Assembly: GCA_963422645.2 (NCBI GenBank)
Contig: CAXXVO010000014.1
Span: 256,001-320,000, forward strand
Source: Alphaproteobacteria bacterium
Lineage (GTDB): Bacteria > Pseudomonadota > Alphaproteobacteria > UBA828
Direction: 5' to 3'
DNA length: 64,000 nt
Numbering within the stretch: position 1 is the stretch's first letter; each line of letters opens with the position of its first letter. The notes under the pieces were generated by a model, which saw nothing but the letters and a program-made list of their open reading frames with translations, made no database searches and was not told the DNA's origin. Of the stretch, positions 1 to 9,500 are shown piece by piece. Both the position numbers and the translations under genes were made by a program.

Positions 1-558
1 GGGGCGCACCTTTGCCGTGTTGATCACGGCGCCGACTCCGGTGGTCACACCGCAGCCGATGTAGCAGATCGTCTCGAAGGGCGCGTCGTCGCGGACCTTG
101 GCGACGGAGTATTCCGAGACCACCGTGTAGTTCGCGAAGGTCGACGTGCCCATGTAGTGGAAGATCTTGTCGCCGCCGAGCGAGAAACGGCTGGAGCCGT
201 CCGGCATCACGCCCGCCCCCTGGGTCAGGCGGATCGACTGGCAGAGGTTGGTCTTGCCGCTCAGGCAGTATTCGCACTGGCGGCATTCGGGCACGTAGAG
301 CGGGATCACGTGATCCCCGGGCGCGACGCTCGTCACGCCTTCGCCCACTTCCGCCACCACGCCTGCGCCCTCGTGCCCGAGGATGGCGGGGAAGAGCCCT
401 TCCGGGTCATCGCCCGAGAGGGTGAAGGCATCGGTGTGGCAGACCCCGGTGGCCTTGACCTCGATCAGCACCTCGCCGGCCCGTGGGCCGTCGAGGTTCA
501 CGGTTTCGATGCTGAGCGGCTTGCCTGCGCCGGTCGCCAGCGCCGCGCGGACCTCCAT
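1..558 (-). CDS. frmA: S-(hydroxymethyl)glutathione dehydrogenase / class III alcohol dehydrogenase, runs off the left edge
   Basis: Manual translation from ATG at 558: [66 protein letters not shown], then [11 protein letters not shown] Zn motif; GAGGAGG RBS upstream. Confidence 0.95.
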   Translation of the reverse strand, partial: MEVRAALATGAGKPLSIETVNLDGPRAGEVLIEVKATGVCHTDAFTLSGDDPEGLFPAILGHEGAGVVAEVGEGVTSVAPGDHVIPLYVPECRQCEYCLSGKTNLCQSIRLTQGAGVMPDGSSRFSLGGDKIFHYMGTSTFANYTVVSEYSVAKVRDDAPFETICYIGCGVTTGVGAVINTAKVRP

Positions 559-636
559 CGCACCCTCCTCACGTCGATTCGTCAGTGAGATTTACTGTCT
601 CACCGGGCGCAGGCGCGGGCAACACCGCACGCGATC

Positions 637-759
637 CTAGAGCGCGTCCGTCTTTGACGGACGCGCGACAGGCCGCGCCCGCGCAGGCGCCGGACGCAGG
701 CCGGCTGCCGTGAGCGACAAAGAAGCAGAGCGTTTCCGTGTTAAACGGATACGCTCTAG
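637..759. repeat. CIR/RIME-like palindromic intergenic element bounded by CTAG
   Basis: CTAGAGCG...CGCTCTAG termini with two internal hairpins (gcgcgtccgtc-ttt-gacggacgcgc; agagcgtttccgt-gttaa-acggatacgctct); the right CTAG supplies the betA stop codon. Confidence 0.75.
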
Positions 760-2426
760 CGCTGCCGGTTCTCCCAGTCGGGGTGGACCCAGGGTACGTC
801 GTTCGCCGGCGGCAGCGGCTCGCGGCCGAGGATGTGGTCCGATGCCTTCTCGCCCACCATGATGGAGGGTGCGTTGAGGTTGCCGTTGGTGATGTGCGGG
901 AAGATCGAGCTGTCGGCCACGCGCAGCCCGTCCACCCCGATCACGCGGCAGGTCGGGTCGACCACCGCGTCCGCATCGTCGGCCGCGCCCATGCGGCAGG
1001 TGCCGCAGGGGTGGTAGGCGCTTTCGACGGCGCCCTTCACGAAGCCGTCGATTTCGTCGTCGGACTGGACCGCCGCGCCCGGCGCGATCTCGTCGCCGGT
1101 GTAGTCGGCGAGCGCCGGCTGGGAGAGGATCTCCCGCGTCAGCCGGATACAGGCCCGGAAGGTTTGCCGATCCTCCTCGTGGGACATGTAGTTGAAGAGG
1201 ATCGAGGGCGCCGCCGCGGGCTCGGACGAGGTAAGCCGCACGCGGCCCCGCGACTTCGAGCGCATCGGCCCGACATGGGTCTGGAAGCCGTGGCCCTCGG
1301 CGGCGGCCTTGCCGTCGTAGCGCACCGCGAAGGGCAGGAAGTGGTACTGTATGTTCGGGTACTTCACGCCGGCGCGGGAGCGGATGAAGCCGCATGACTC
1401 GAAGTGGTTGGTGGCGCCAAGGCCGTTCCTGAACATGAGCCAGCGCGCGCCGATCAGCGCCTTGGAGAACAGGTTCCAGTGGCGATAGAGCGTGATCGCC
1501 TGCCGGCACTTCACCTGAAGGTAGACTTCCAGATGGTCCTGCAGGTTGGCGCCGACGCCAGGCCGGTCGGCGACAACATCGATGGCCTGCTCCCGCAGGT
1601 GCTCGGCCGGGCCGATGCCGGAGAGCATGAGCAGCTTCGGCGAGTTGATCGAGGAGGCGGCGAGGATGACTTCGGCCTTGGCGCGCACGCGGCGGACCGT
1701 GCCGCCTGTCTCGTACTCGACGCCGATCGCGCGCCCGTCCTCCATGACCACGCGGCGGACGTGCGCATGGGTCCGGAGCGCCAGGTTGCGGCGCTGCAGC
1801 GCTGGCTTGAGGTAGGCGTTGGCGGCTGACCAGCGGCGGCCGCGCCACACGGTCATCTCCATCGCCCCAAAACCTTCCTGGCGCTCGCCGTTGTAGTCGG
1901 CGGTCATCGCGTAGCCGGCCTGCTCGCCCGCCTCGATGAAGCTCTGGTAGAGCGGGTTCTCCATGTGCCCGCGAGTGACGTGCAGGGGGCCCTCGCTGCC
2001 GCGCCATCCGGCCTGGCCGCCGTGCGCGTGCTCCATGCGGCGGTAGTAGGGCAGCACGTGGCGATAGCCCCAGCCCGCCGCGCCCAGCTCCTCCCAGGTG
2101 TCGAAGTCGCAGGCGTTGCCGCGCACGTAGACCATGCCGTTGACGGACGACGAGCCGCCGATCACCTTGCCGCGCGGCGTCGCAAGCCGCCGCCCGCCGA
2201 GGTGAGGTTCAGGCTCGGTCGCGAAGCCCCAATCGTAGCGCCGCATGTTCATGGGGTAGGAGAGGGCGGCCGGCATCTGGATCAGCGGGCCCGCGTCGCT
2301 CCCGCCATGTTCCAACACGAGCACGCGGTTGCGAGAATCCTCGGAGAGCCGTGCGGCGAGCACGCAGCCGGCGGACCCCGAGCCCACGATCACATAGTCG
2401 AACTCGTCGTCGAAGCGGGCGGTCAT
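756..2426 (-). CDS. betA: choline dehydrogenase (GMC oxidoreductase)
   Basis: GSGSAG FAD motif, [36 protein letters not shown]; next to betI and choXWV. Confidence 0.96.
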   Translation of the reverse strand: MTARFDDEFDYVIVGSGSAGCVLAARLSEDSRNRVLVLEHGGSDAGPLIQMPAALSYPMNMRRYDWGFATEPEPHLGGRRLATPRGKVIGGSSSVNGMVYVRGNACDFDTWEELGAAGWGYRHVLPYYRRMEHAHGGQAGWRGSEGPLHVTRGHMENPLYQSFIEAGEQAGYAMTADYNGERQEGFGAMEMTVWRGRRWSAANAYLKPALQRRNLALRTHAHVRRVVMEDGRAIGVEYETGGTVRRVRAKAEVILAASSINSPKLLMLSGIGPAEHLREQAIDVVADRPGVGANLQDHLEVYLQVKCRQAITLYRHWNLFSKALIGARWLMFRNGLGATNHFESCGFIRSRAGVKYPNIQYHFLPFAVRYDGKAAAEGHGFQTHVGPMRSKSRGRVRLTSSEPAAAPSILFNYMSHEEDRQTFRACIRLTREILSQPALADYTGDEIAPGAAVQSDDEIDGFVKGAVESAYHPCGTCRMGAADDADAVVDPTCRVIGVDGLRVADSSIFPHITNGNLNAPSIMVGEKASDHILGREPLPPANDVPWVHPDWENRQR

Positions 2427-2623
2427 TGAGCTGCAGTCTTTGAGGTCACGCGCCTACAGCCGCTCGGTTGCGAGCACCGGGCCGAAGGCCCGGACGGCGC
2501 GAACGCGCGTCGCACGGCCACGTGCGCGGGCGCACGATGCGCCGAATGGCGCGTAGCGTCGCGCGGTTACGCGCGCAGGGGCGCGCAATGCGAGCGGAGC
2601 GAACGCCCGGCGCTTGAGGGACA

Positions 2624-3205
2624 TCAAGAAGGCTCGAGCTGGCTGTCGATGTGCGCTTCCATGATCGCGATGGCACTCTCGCCGCAGGGCTCCGCATCGC
2701 CGAGCACGCGGCGCAGCCAGAGCCCGTCGATCATGGCGGCAGTGGACTCGGCTGCGACCTCCGCGGTCTCCCGCGTCGGCAGGCGCTTGTACTCGTGGCG
2801 CAGATTGCTGGTGAGCCGGCGCGCGTAGATGTGGAGCAGGCGGCGCACCTCGGGCTCGGTATGTGCCTGAACGTAGAAGGTGAGCCAGGCGGAGATCACC
2901 TCGGGGCGAAGCTGGTCGTCGCAGAAGCTGCCGTCCACGATGGCGGACAGCCGCTTGCGCGGGGTGTTGGCTTCACGCAGCCGCTCCCTGATGCCGGTGC
3001 CGAACTCGATGAGCAGGTGGCGCATGGTCGCGATGATGAGCGCGCCCTTGGAGCCGAAGTAGTGATGGACGAGCCCCTGGGAGAGGCCGGCCTCGCGCGC
3101 GACAGCGCCGGTGGTCAGCTCGACGAACCCCCGGTCGTGAATGCTCCTGATCGCGGCCTCGACGAAGGCGCGACGGCGCACGGGCGCTATTCCGGTCTTT
3201 GGCAT
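2624..3205 (-). CDS. betI: choline-responsive TetR-family repressor
   Basis: MPKTGIAPVRR N-terminus, HTH, WLTFYVQA, AAMIDGLWLR; bet context. Confidence 0.93.
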   Translation of the reverse strand: MPKTGIAPVRRRAFVEAAIRSIHDRGFVELTTGAVAREAGLSQGLVHHYFGSKGALIIATMRHLLIEFGTGIRERLREANTPRKRLSAIVDGSFCDDQLRPEVISAWLTFYVQAHTEPEVRRLLHIYARRLTSNLRHEYKRLPTRETAEVAAESTAAMIDGLWLRRVLGDAEPCGESAIAIMEAHIDSQLEPS

Positions 3206-3234
3206 CGGCTGCTCCTGTACTCCCCGTCATTATA

Positions 3235-3254
3235 TTGGTTGGTTGACCAATCAA
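3235..3254. promoter_or_regulatory. probable BetI operator
   Basis: AT-rich imperfect palindrome TTGGTTGGT-TG-ACCAATCAA (1 mismatch) between divergent betI and choX; resembles known BetI boxes. Confidence 0.75.
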
Positions 3255-3304
3255 CAAAAGATTGCGAGAGTCGCTGCAACGTAGCGAGCGTGAGGGAGGG
3301 TTCA

Positions 3305-4255
3305 ATGCACATTCGGATGACATCCGCAATTGCCGCCGTCGCCATGGGCGCCGCGGTCATGGCGGGAAATGCCTATGCCGACGACGCCGCCACCTGCAGT
3401 GAGGTGGAATTCTCGGACGTCGGCTGGAGCTGCATCACGGCGACCACCGCCGTGGCCACCACGGTTCTCGAAGGGCTCGGCTATGAGCCCAAGGCGACCG
3501 TGCTCTCGGTGCCGGTGACCTTCGCCAGCCTTTCCAACGGCGACATCGACGCCTTCCTCGGCCTCTGGCTGCCGACCCAGCAGAGCATGATCGACCCCTA
3601 CTTCAACGACGGCACCATCGAGAACGTGGCCGTCAATCTCGAGGGCGCCAAGTACACCCTCGCCGTGCCCACCTATGTTTACGAGGCCGGGGTCAAGACC
3701 TTCGGCGACATCGCCGCCCACGCCGACAAGTTCGACAGCAAGTTCTACGGCATCGAGCCCGGCAACGACGGCAATCAGATCATCCAGGGCATGATCGACG
3801 GCGACGCCTTCGGCCTCAGCGGCTTCGAGGTCGTGGAGTCGAGCGAGCAGGGCATGCTGTCCCAGGTCGAGGCCGCGGTCAGGAGCGACGAGTGGATCGT
3901 CTTCCTCGGCTGGGAGCCGCATCCCATGAACCGCCGCTTCGACATGAGCTATCTCGATGGCGGCGACGACTACTTCGGCGCCAACTTCGGCGGCGCCACG
4001 GTCTACACGCTGGCCCACGCCGGCTATTCCGAGGCCTGCCCCAACGTCGGCGCGCTGCTGAAGAACATGCGCTTCTCGTTGGCGCTTGAGAACGAGATGA
4101 TGGGCTATATGCTCGACGACGGGATGGACCCGCAGGCGGCCGCCCGGAAGCTCGTCGAGATGCACCCCGAGCTGGTCGACGAGTGGCTCGCGGGCGTGAC
4201 CACGCTTGACGGTCAGGATGGCGCGGCTGCCGTGAAGGCCCATCTCAGCATGTAG
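3305..4255 (+). CDS. choX: choline ABC transporter substrate-binding protein
   Basis: Signal peptide, FSDVGWSCITATT, YGIEPGNDGN, FLGWEPHPMN; start moved to ATG 3305 after GGAGGG RBS. Confidence 0.93.
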   Translation: MHIRMTSAIAAVAMGAAVMAGNAYADDAATCSEVEFSDVGWSCITATTAVATTVLEGLGYEPKATVLSVPVTFASLSNGDIDAFLGLWLPTQQSMIDPYFNDGTIENVAVNLEGAKYTLAVPTYVYEAGVKTFGDIAAHADKFDSKFYGIEPGNDGNQIIQGMIDGDAFGLSGFEVVESSEQGMLSQVEAAVRSDEWIVFLGWEPHPMNRRFDMSYLDGGDDYFGANFGGATVYTLAHAGYSEACPNVGALLKNMRFSLALENEMMGYMLDDGMDPQAAARKLVEMHPELVDEWLAGVTTLDGQDGAAAVKAHLSM

Positions 4256-4351
4256 CGGCCGATTACGCGGGCGGTCCAAGGGGCCGAATTCGCGGGCGGT
4301 CGGCGCTGAGAGGCGTCGGCCGCCCGTCCCGTCCGGTCGGGGAGGGGCGTC

Positions 4352-5227
4352 ATGGGCACCGACGATCTCGGAGTCCTTACCGAGAAAATTCCGATCGGCA
4401 AGTGGGTCGCCAACGCAATCGAGTTCATCAAGGACAACTTCTTCCACGAGCTCCGAGCGTTCTCCGGCGGTCTGGACTGGCTGCTCGAATCCTTCGCCTA
4501 CTTCCTCGGCCTGATCCCGCCGCTGGCCTTCATCGCCATGGTGGCGGGCGTGGCATTCTGGCTGCACCGAAGCATCGTGCTCGTGATCGGCGTGGTCATC
4601 GGGCTGCTGCTGGTCCTCAACATCGGCTACTGGGAAGAGATGCTGTTCACGGTGGTGCTGGTCTCGGCCTCCACCATCGTGTGCATCCTGGTGGGCGTGC
4701 CCATGGGCATCGCGGCGGCGCACCGGCCCTGGCTCTACCGGATGCTGCGGCCGATCCTCGACCTGATGCAGACCATCCCGCCCTTCGTCTATCTGATCCC
4801 GACACTCACCTTCTTCGGGCTGGGCCTGGTGCCGGGGCTGATCTCCACCGTGATCTTCGCCATCCCGGCGCCCGTTCGGCTCACCCATCTCGGCATCTCC
4901 AGCGCGCCCCGGCCGCTCCTGGAGGCGGGCCGCGCTTTCGGCGCCAGCGACATGCAGCTCCTGCTCAAGGTCGAGCTTCCTCATGCGATGCCGACCATCA
5001 TGCAGGGCATCACCCAGTGCATCATGCTCTCGCTCTCGATGGTGGTGATCGCCGCGCTGGTGGGGGCGGACGGGCTCGGCGTGCCGGTGGTCCGCGCGCT
5101 CACCACGGTCAACGTCGCGCAGGGCTTCGAGGCCGGGCTGGCCATCGTGGTCGTCGCCATCGTGCTCGATCGCATCCTGAAGCAGTCCGAGAGACGCAAG
5201 GGCAGGGGCGGCACCGCCACACACTGA
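4352..5227 (+). CDS. choW: choline ABC transporter permease
   Basis: ProW-type LDLMQTIPPFVYLIP, EAGRAFG loop. Confidence 0.92.
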   Translation: MGTDDLGVLTEKIPIGKWVANAIEFIKDNFFHELRAFSGGLDWLLESFAYFLGLIPPLAFIAMVAGVAFWLHRSIVLVIGVVIGLLLVLNIGYWEEMLFTVVLVSASTIVCILVGVPMGIAAAHRPWLYRMLRPILDLMQTIPPFVYLIPTLTFFGLGLVPGLISTVIFAIPAPVRLTHLGISSAPRPLLEAGRAFGASDMQLLLKVELPHAMPTIMQGITQCIMLSLSMVVIAALVGADGLGVPVVRALTTVNVAQGFEAGLAIVVVAIVLDRILKQSERRKGRGGTATH

Positions 5228-6468
5228 TGGCCGTCATCACCTTCGATCGGGTCGATGTGATCTTTGGCCGGCGGGTCAAGGAGGCGCTGGCCCTGCTCGA
5301 TGCCGGCGCCGACAAGGACCGCATCTTCGAAGAGACCGGTCAGGTGGTGGGCGTGCAGGACGCCTCGCTCCAGGTCGAGGCCGGCGAAATCTTCGTCCTC
5401 ATGGGGCTCTCGGGCTCCGGCAAGTCGACGCTGCTGCGCTGCGTCAACGGGCTCAACCAGGCCACGCGCGGGCGGGTGCTGATCGACGACGGCGGCACGG
5501 AAATCGACGTGACCGACTGCGACCCCAAGCTGATGCGCACGCTTCGCATGAACCGGGTCTCCATGGTCTTCCAGCAATTCGCGCTGATGCCGTGGCGCAC
5601 CATCGGCGCCAATGTCGCCTTCGGGCTGGAGGTGCGCGGCGTGCCCAAGGCCGAGCGCCGCAAGCGGGTGGCGGAGGTGCTCGACCAGGTCGGGCTGGGC
5701 TCCTGGCTCGGCCACTATCCGCACGAGCTCTCCGGCGGCATGCAGCAGCGCGTGGGCCTCGCCCGCGCGTTCGCCACCAATGCCGAGATCCTGCTGATGG
5801 ACGAGCCCTTCTCGGCCCTCGATCCGCTGATCCGCGAGCGCCTGCAGGACGAGCTGCTGGCGTTGCAGAAGACGCTGCGCCGGACCATCCTCTTCGTCAG
5901 CCACGACCTCGACGAAGCGCTCAAGATCGGCACCCGGATCGCCATCATGGAGGGCGGGCGCATCATCCAGGTGGGGCCTCCGGAACAGATCGTCACCGAG
6001 CCGGCGGACGAGTACGTGCGCCAGTTCGTCGCCAACGTGAATCCGCTCAACGTCTTGCGCGGGGTCTCTCTGATGCGCCCGTTGGCCGAGCTCCGCAGCG
6101 AGGACGGCGTTCACCTGCTCGACGACGCATCGGCCATGTTCTGCCGGCTGGATAATGAGAGGCGACCGGAGGCGTTCGGCCTCGAAGGCGCGCCGGCTGA
6201 GCTCGTGCCGTATCGGGAAGACCTCGATCTCGCCTCGCTCGACAATGGCGCGATCGTCGCGGGCAGCCCCGAGACGACCATGCGCACCGCCCTTGAGGTG
6301 CGCCACGAGACCGGGCGTGCGATGCCGCTGCTCGACGACGACGGCCGCCTGATCGGCGTGATCGGCGCCGCCGAGCTGCTGGCCGCGCTGGTGCACCGGG
6401 GCGCCGGCGCCGCGCCGCCCAAGGACGAGGACGTGCCGGCGGCCGATCCGGCACCGCCCGAACGATGA
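5227..6468 (+). CDS. choV: choline ABC transporter ATP-binding protein
   Basis: GLSGSGKS, LSGGMQQR, LLMDEPFSALDP; TGATG overlap with choW stop. Confidence 0.92.
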   Translation: MAVITFDRVDVIFGRRVKEALALLDAGADKDRIFEETGQVVGVQDASLQVEAGEIFVLMGLSGSGKSTLLRCVNGLNQATRGRVLIDDGGTEIDVTDCDPKLMRTLRMNRVSMVFQQFALMPWRTIGANVAFGLEVRGVPKAERRKRVAEVLDQVGLGSWLGHYPHELSGGMQQRVGLARAFATNAEILLMDEPFSALDPLIRERLQDELLALQKTLRRTILFVSHDLDEALKIGTRIAIMEGGRIIQVGPPEQIVTEPADEYVRQFVANVNPLNVLRGVSLMRPLAELRSEDGVHLLDDASAMFCRLDNERRPEAFGLEGAPAELVPYREDLDLASLDNGAIVAGSPETTMRTALEVRHETGRAMPLLDDDGRLIGVIGAAELLAALVHRGAGAAPPKDEDVPAADPAPPER

Positions 6469-6479
6469 AGGGGACCATC

Positions 6480-7289
6480 ATGGCACGCAGGGTCCGCAAC
6501 CTCGCGCTGTTCCTGCTCGCGCTGCTCGCAGCACCGGCGGCCTTGGCGCACTACGTCGATCTGAACCAGGCGCTGCACAGCAGGAACACGCTGACCGTCG
6601 GTATCGCGCTCACCGGCACGCCCTTCGCCTACAAGAAGGACGGCGTGGTCCGGGGCTTCGAGGTCGAGATGGCGCAGGCCGTCGCCGAGGCCCACGGGCT
6701 CGCGCTGGAGGTCGTCCGCCTGCCGCGGGCGCGGCTGGCGGCGGCGCTCGCCGCAGGCGAGGTGGACGTCGCCAACACGCTCGCCATGGACGCGGAACCG
6801 GCGGACATCAAGACCGTGCCCTATCTGGTGGTCGGCGATCACCTGATGGTGCTCCGGGGCAACCCCTTTCGCATCCGGGAGACGGACGACCTGAGCGGCC
6901 GGGTCACTTCGGTCACCTCGGGCTCGAGCGCCGAGCGCTTCGCCCACGCCCTCAACCGGGAGTTCGAGGAAGCAGGCCGGGCCCCGATGCATGTCCATTC
7001 CTTCCCCGAAGACCGCTGGACCCACTTCCCGGTCTCCATGGGGCACGCGCAGGGCTACTTCATCCAGACCGTGAGCGCGGTGGCGGTGAATGCCGATCCC
7101 AACTCGCGCAACCGTCTCGTCGAAGGCGTGTTCCGCCCGGTGCGCGAGGTGGGCTTCGCCGTGCGCAAGGACAACGACAAGCTGCACCACGCAGTCGAGC
7201 ACGCCGTCGCCGCCATGGTCGCCACAGGCAAGTACCGCAAGCTGCGGGAGTCCTACGACCTGCCGCCCGAGCTTTCGCCTTACCGCTAG
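6480..7289 (+). CDS. amino-acid ABC substrate-binding protein (family 3), orphan
   Basis: Signal peptide, GTPFAYKKDGVVRGFEVEMAQAVA, GFAVRKDN; start 6465 also possible. Confidence 0.8.
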   Translation: MARRVRNLALFLLALLAAPAALAHYVDLNQALHSRNTLTVGIALTGTPFAYKKDGVVRGFEVEMAQAVAEAHGLALEVVRLPRARLAAALAAGEVDVANTLAMDAEPADIKTVPYLVVGDHLMVLRGNPFRIRETDDLSGRVTSVTSGSSAERFAHALNREFEEAGRAPMHVHSFPEDRWTHFPVSMGHAQGYFIQTVSAVAVNADPNSRNRLVEGVFRPVREVGFAVRKDNDKLHHAVEHAVAAMVATGKYRKLRESYDLPPELSPYR

Positions 7290-7302
7290 GGCGTCCCTCT
7301 CC

Positions 7303-8232
7303 CTACACACCCCGCAGCCGCGGGTCGAGCGCATCCCGCAGGCCGTCGCCGATGTAGTTGACGCTCAGAACCGTGAGCGAGATCGCCAATCCTGGCCAGA
7401 GCACCCGCGCCGGCGTGACGGAGATGAAGTTGGCGCCGTCGAAGAGCAGCCGCCCCCAGGTCGGGAAGTCCGGCGGGAAGCCGAGCCCCAAGAACGAGAG
7501 CGCCGACTCCGTGATGATCGCGTTGGCGATGCCAAGCGTCGCAGACACCATGATCGGGCTCAGCACGTTGGGCAGGATGTGGCGGGTGATGATGCGCCGC
7601 CTGCGGGTACCGATGCTGCGCGCAGCGGTCACGAACTCGCGTTCCCTGAGCGCCAGCACGTCGCCCCGCACGATGCGCGCGGTCTGCATCCAGCTCGTGA
7701 TGCCGATAATGAACACCACCAGCAGGAAGATCCCGGTCTCCGGGCCGAAGGCGGCGCGTAGGCTGTCGCGGAAGAGCATGATGACGACCAGAAGGAGCGG
7801 CAGCAGCGGCAGCGCCAGGAACATGTCGGTGAGCCGCATCAAGAGGCCGTCGAGCCCCCTGAAAAATCCGGCGAGCATACCCACCAGGGTGCCGAGCACC
7901 AGCGCGATCGTCATCGCGGTGAAGCCGACCGCGAGCGATATGCGACCGCCCGCCAGCACCTGGGCCAGCGTGTCGCGGCCCAGGTTGTCGGTCCCCATCG
8001 GATGCTTGAGGGAGGGGCCCTCGTTCTTCGCCAGGATGTCGAGGTAGTGCGGGTCCAGGGTGTGGATCAGCGGGCCGATTGCGACCGCGAGCGCGATGGC
8101 GACGAAGACTCCCGCGCCCGCCAGCGCGCCGGTGTGGTTGCGGAAGGCGAGCCACACGTCCATCCAGAGCGAACGGTGGCGTTGCGCTCCGCGCGAGGGG
8201 GCGGAGAGGCTGGATGAGGGCGCCGCCGGCAT
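7303..8232 (-). CDS. peptide ABC permease (OppC/DppC family)
   Basis: HPMGTDNLGRD, EFVTAARSIG, ESALSFLGLG, GDGLRDALDPR. Confidence 0.92.
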   Translation of the reverse strand: MPAAPSSSLSAPSRGAQRHRSLWMDVWLAFRNHTGALAGAGVFVAIALAVAIGPLIHTLDPHYLDILAKNEGPSLKHPMGTDNLGRDTLAQVLAGGRISLAVGFTAMTIALVLGTLVGMLAGFFRGLDGLLMRLTDMFLALPLLPLLLVVIMLFRDSLRAAFGPETGIFLLVVFIIGITSWMQTARIVRGDVLALREREFVTAARSIGTRRRRIITRHILPNVLSPIMVSATLGIANAIITESALSFLGLGFPPDFPTWGRLLFDGANFISVTPARVLWPGLAISLTVLSVNYIGDGLRDALDPRLRGV

Positions 8233-8235
8233 CGC

Positions 8236-9249
8236 TCAGCCGTAGCGGATGCGCGGATCGAAGATGCCCTAGAGCACATCCGCGATCAGGTTGAAGAGCA
8301 CGATCAGCACCGCGAAGAGGAAGGAGAGCGTCTGCACCAGGGGAATGTCGGCGCCCTGGATGGCGGTGATGAGAAGCTCGCCGATGCCGTTCACCCGAAA
8401 GATTTTCTCCGTGATGATGGCGCCGCCGAAGACGGTGGGGATGCCGAGCGCGATCAGCGTCACCACCGGGATCAGGCTGTTGCGCAGCACGTGGATGAAG
8501 AGCACGACCCGCTCGCGCAGGCCCTTGGCGCGGGCGGTGCGCACGTAGTCCTGCGTCAGGTTGTCCAGCACGGCGGCCCGCATGAAGCGGCTGATCTGGG
8601 CCGCGTTGAAGAGCGCGAGCACCATCACCGGCATCGCCATCTGCTTGATCTGCACCCAGAAGCTTCCGAGGTCGGTGACCCGGTGCGTGGTGTCGTAGAT
8701 CGACGGCAGCCACTGCAGGGTGACGCTGAAGACGATGATCGCGAGCAGGCCGGTGAAGAAGGTCGGCACCGAGAAGCCGATCATGGAGACGAAGGTGCCC
8801 AGCTGGTCGAACCAGGAATACTGCCGGTAGGCCGAGACGATGCCGATCGGGATCGCGATGAGGATGCCGATCAGGTAGGAGAGGCCGACCACCCAGAGCG
8901 TCTGCGGCAGGCGCTCGACGATGAGGTCCACGACCGGGCTGCGCGTCGCCCAGGAGCGCACCCGCAGGCGCTCCTCGGAAGCGCCGATCTCCACACCGAA
9001 GGCGCGTTCGACGAGGTTGAGCGGCTCGTTGACGAAGAACTGCTCCATCCACTTGGCGTAGCGGATGTGGAAGGCCTCCCCGAGCCCGAGCGACTCGCGG
9101 ATCTGCTCGCGCGCTTCCGCCGGGATGGTGAGCGGCAGCTGGCCGGTAGGGTCGTTGGGCGCGAGGTCGAGGAGGGCGAAGAGGATGAAGCTGATCGCGA
9201 TCAGCGTCGGCACCGCGAAGAGCAGGCGGCGAATGATGTAGTGGGTCAT
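8236..9249 (-). CDS. peptide ABC permease (OppB/DppB family) with in-frame TAG at 8269-8271
   Basis: DYVRTARAKGL motif; C-terminus reads IADVL*GIFDPRIRYG-TGA, so the family's Tyr codon is a TAG, 11 codons before the natural stop. Confidence 0.88.
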
Positions 9250-9289
9250 CGCCCGCACCGATAGAGAGGGCGGCGCTCGTACAAGAACA

Positions 9290-9403
9290 CCCCCACCTCA
9301 CCCCGGCCCTCTCCGCCCCCAGGGGCGGAGAGGGAGAGCGGGCCGGTGCCGCCTACGTTCCCCCTCCGCCCTTCAGGGGGGAGGGGGGCAGGGGGAGGTG
9401 GGT
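9290..9403. repeat. pair of inverted REP-like palindromes (CCTCACCCCGGCCCTCTCC type)
   Basis: ccctctccgcccc-ca-ggggcggagaggg hairpin followed by an inverted degenerate unit; related copy near 59000-59035. Confidence 0.7.
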
Positions 9404-9500
9404 GTCGTCCGGCTCCCAATGTGCCCCTGTATGGCGCCCGTGTATTGGCCAGTCGCTCGGACAACAGCCCGCAGACCATGACCCCGCCGAGTAATCCGGG

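Noticed and set aside
8269-8271. TAG recoding (pyrrolysine or alternative genetic code)
   Set aside because: Single case at a Tyr position; betA, choX and others end normally at TAG; no pyl genes in the window
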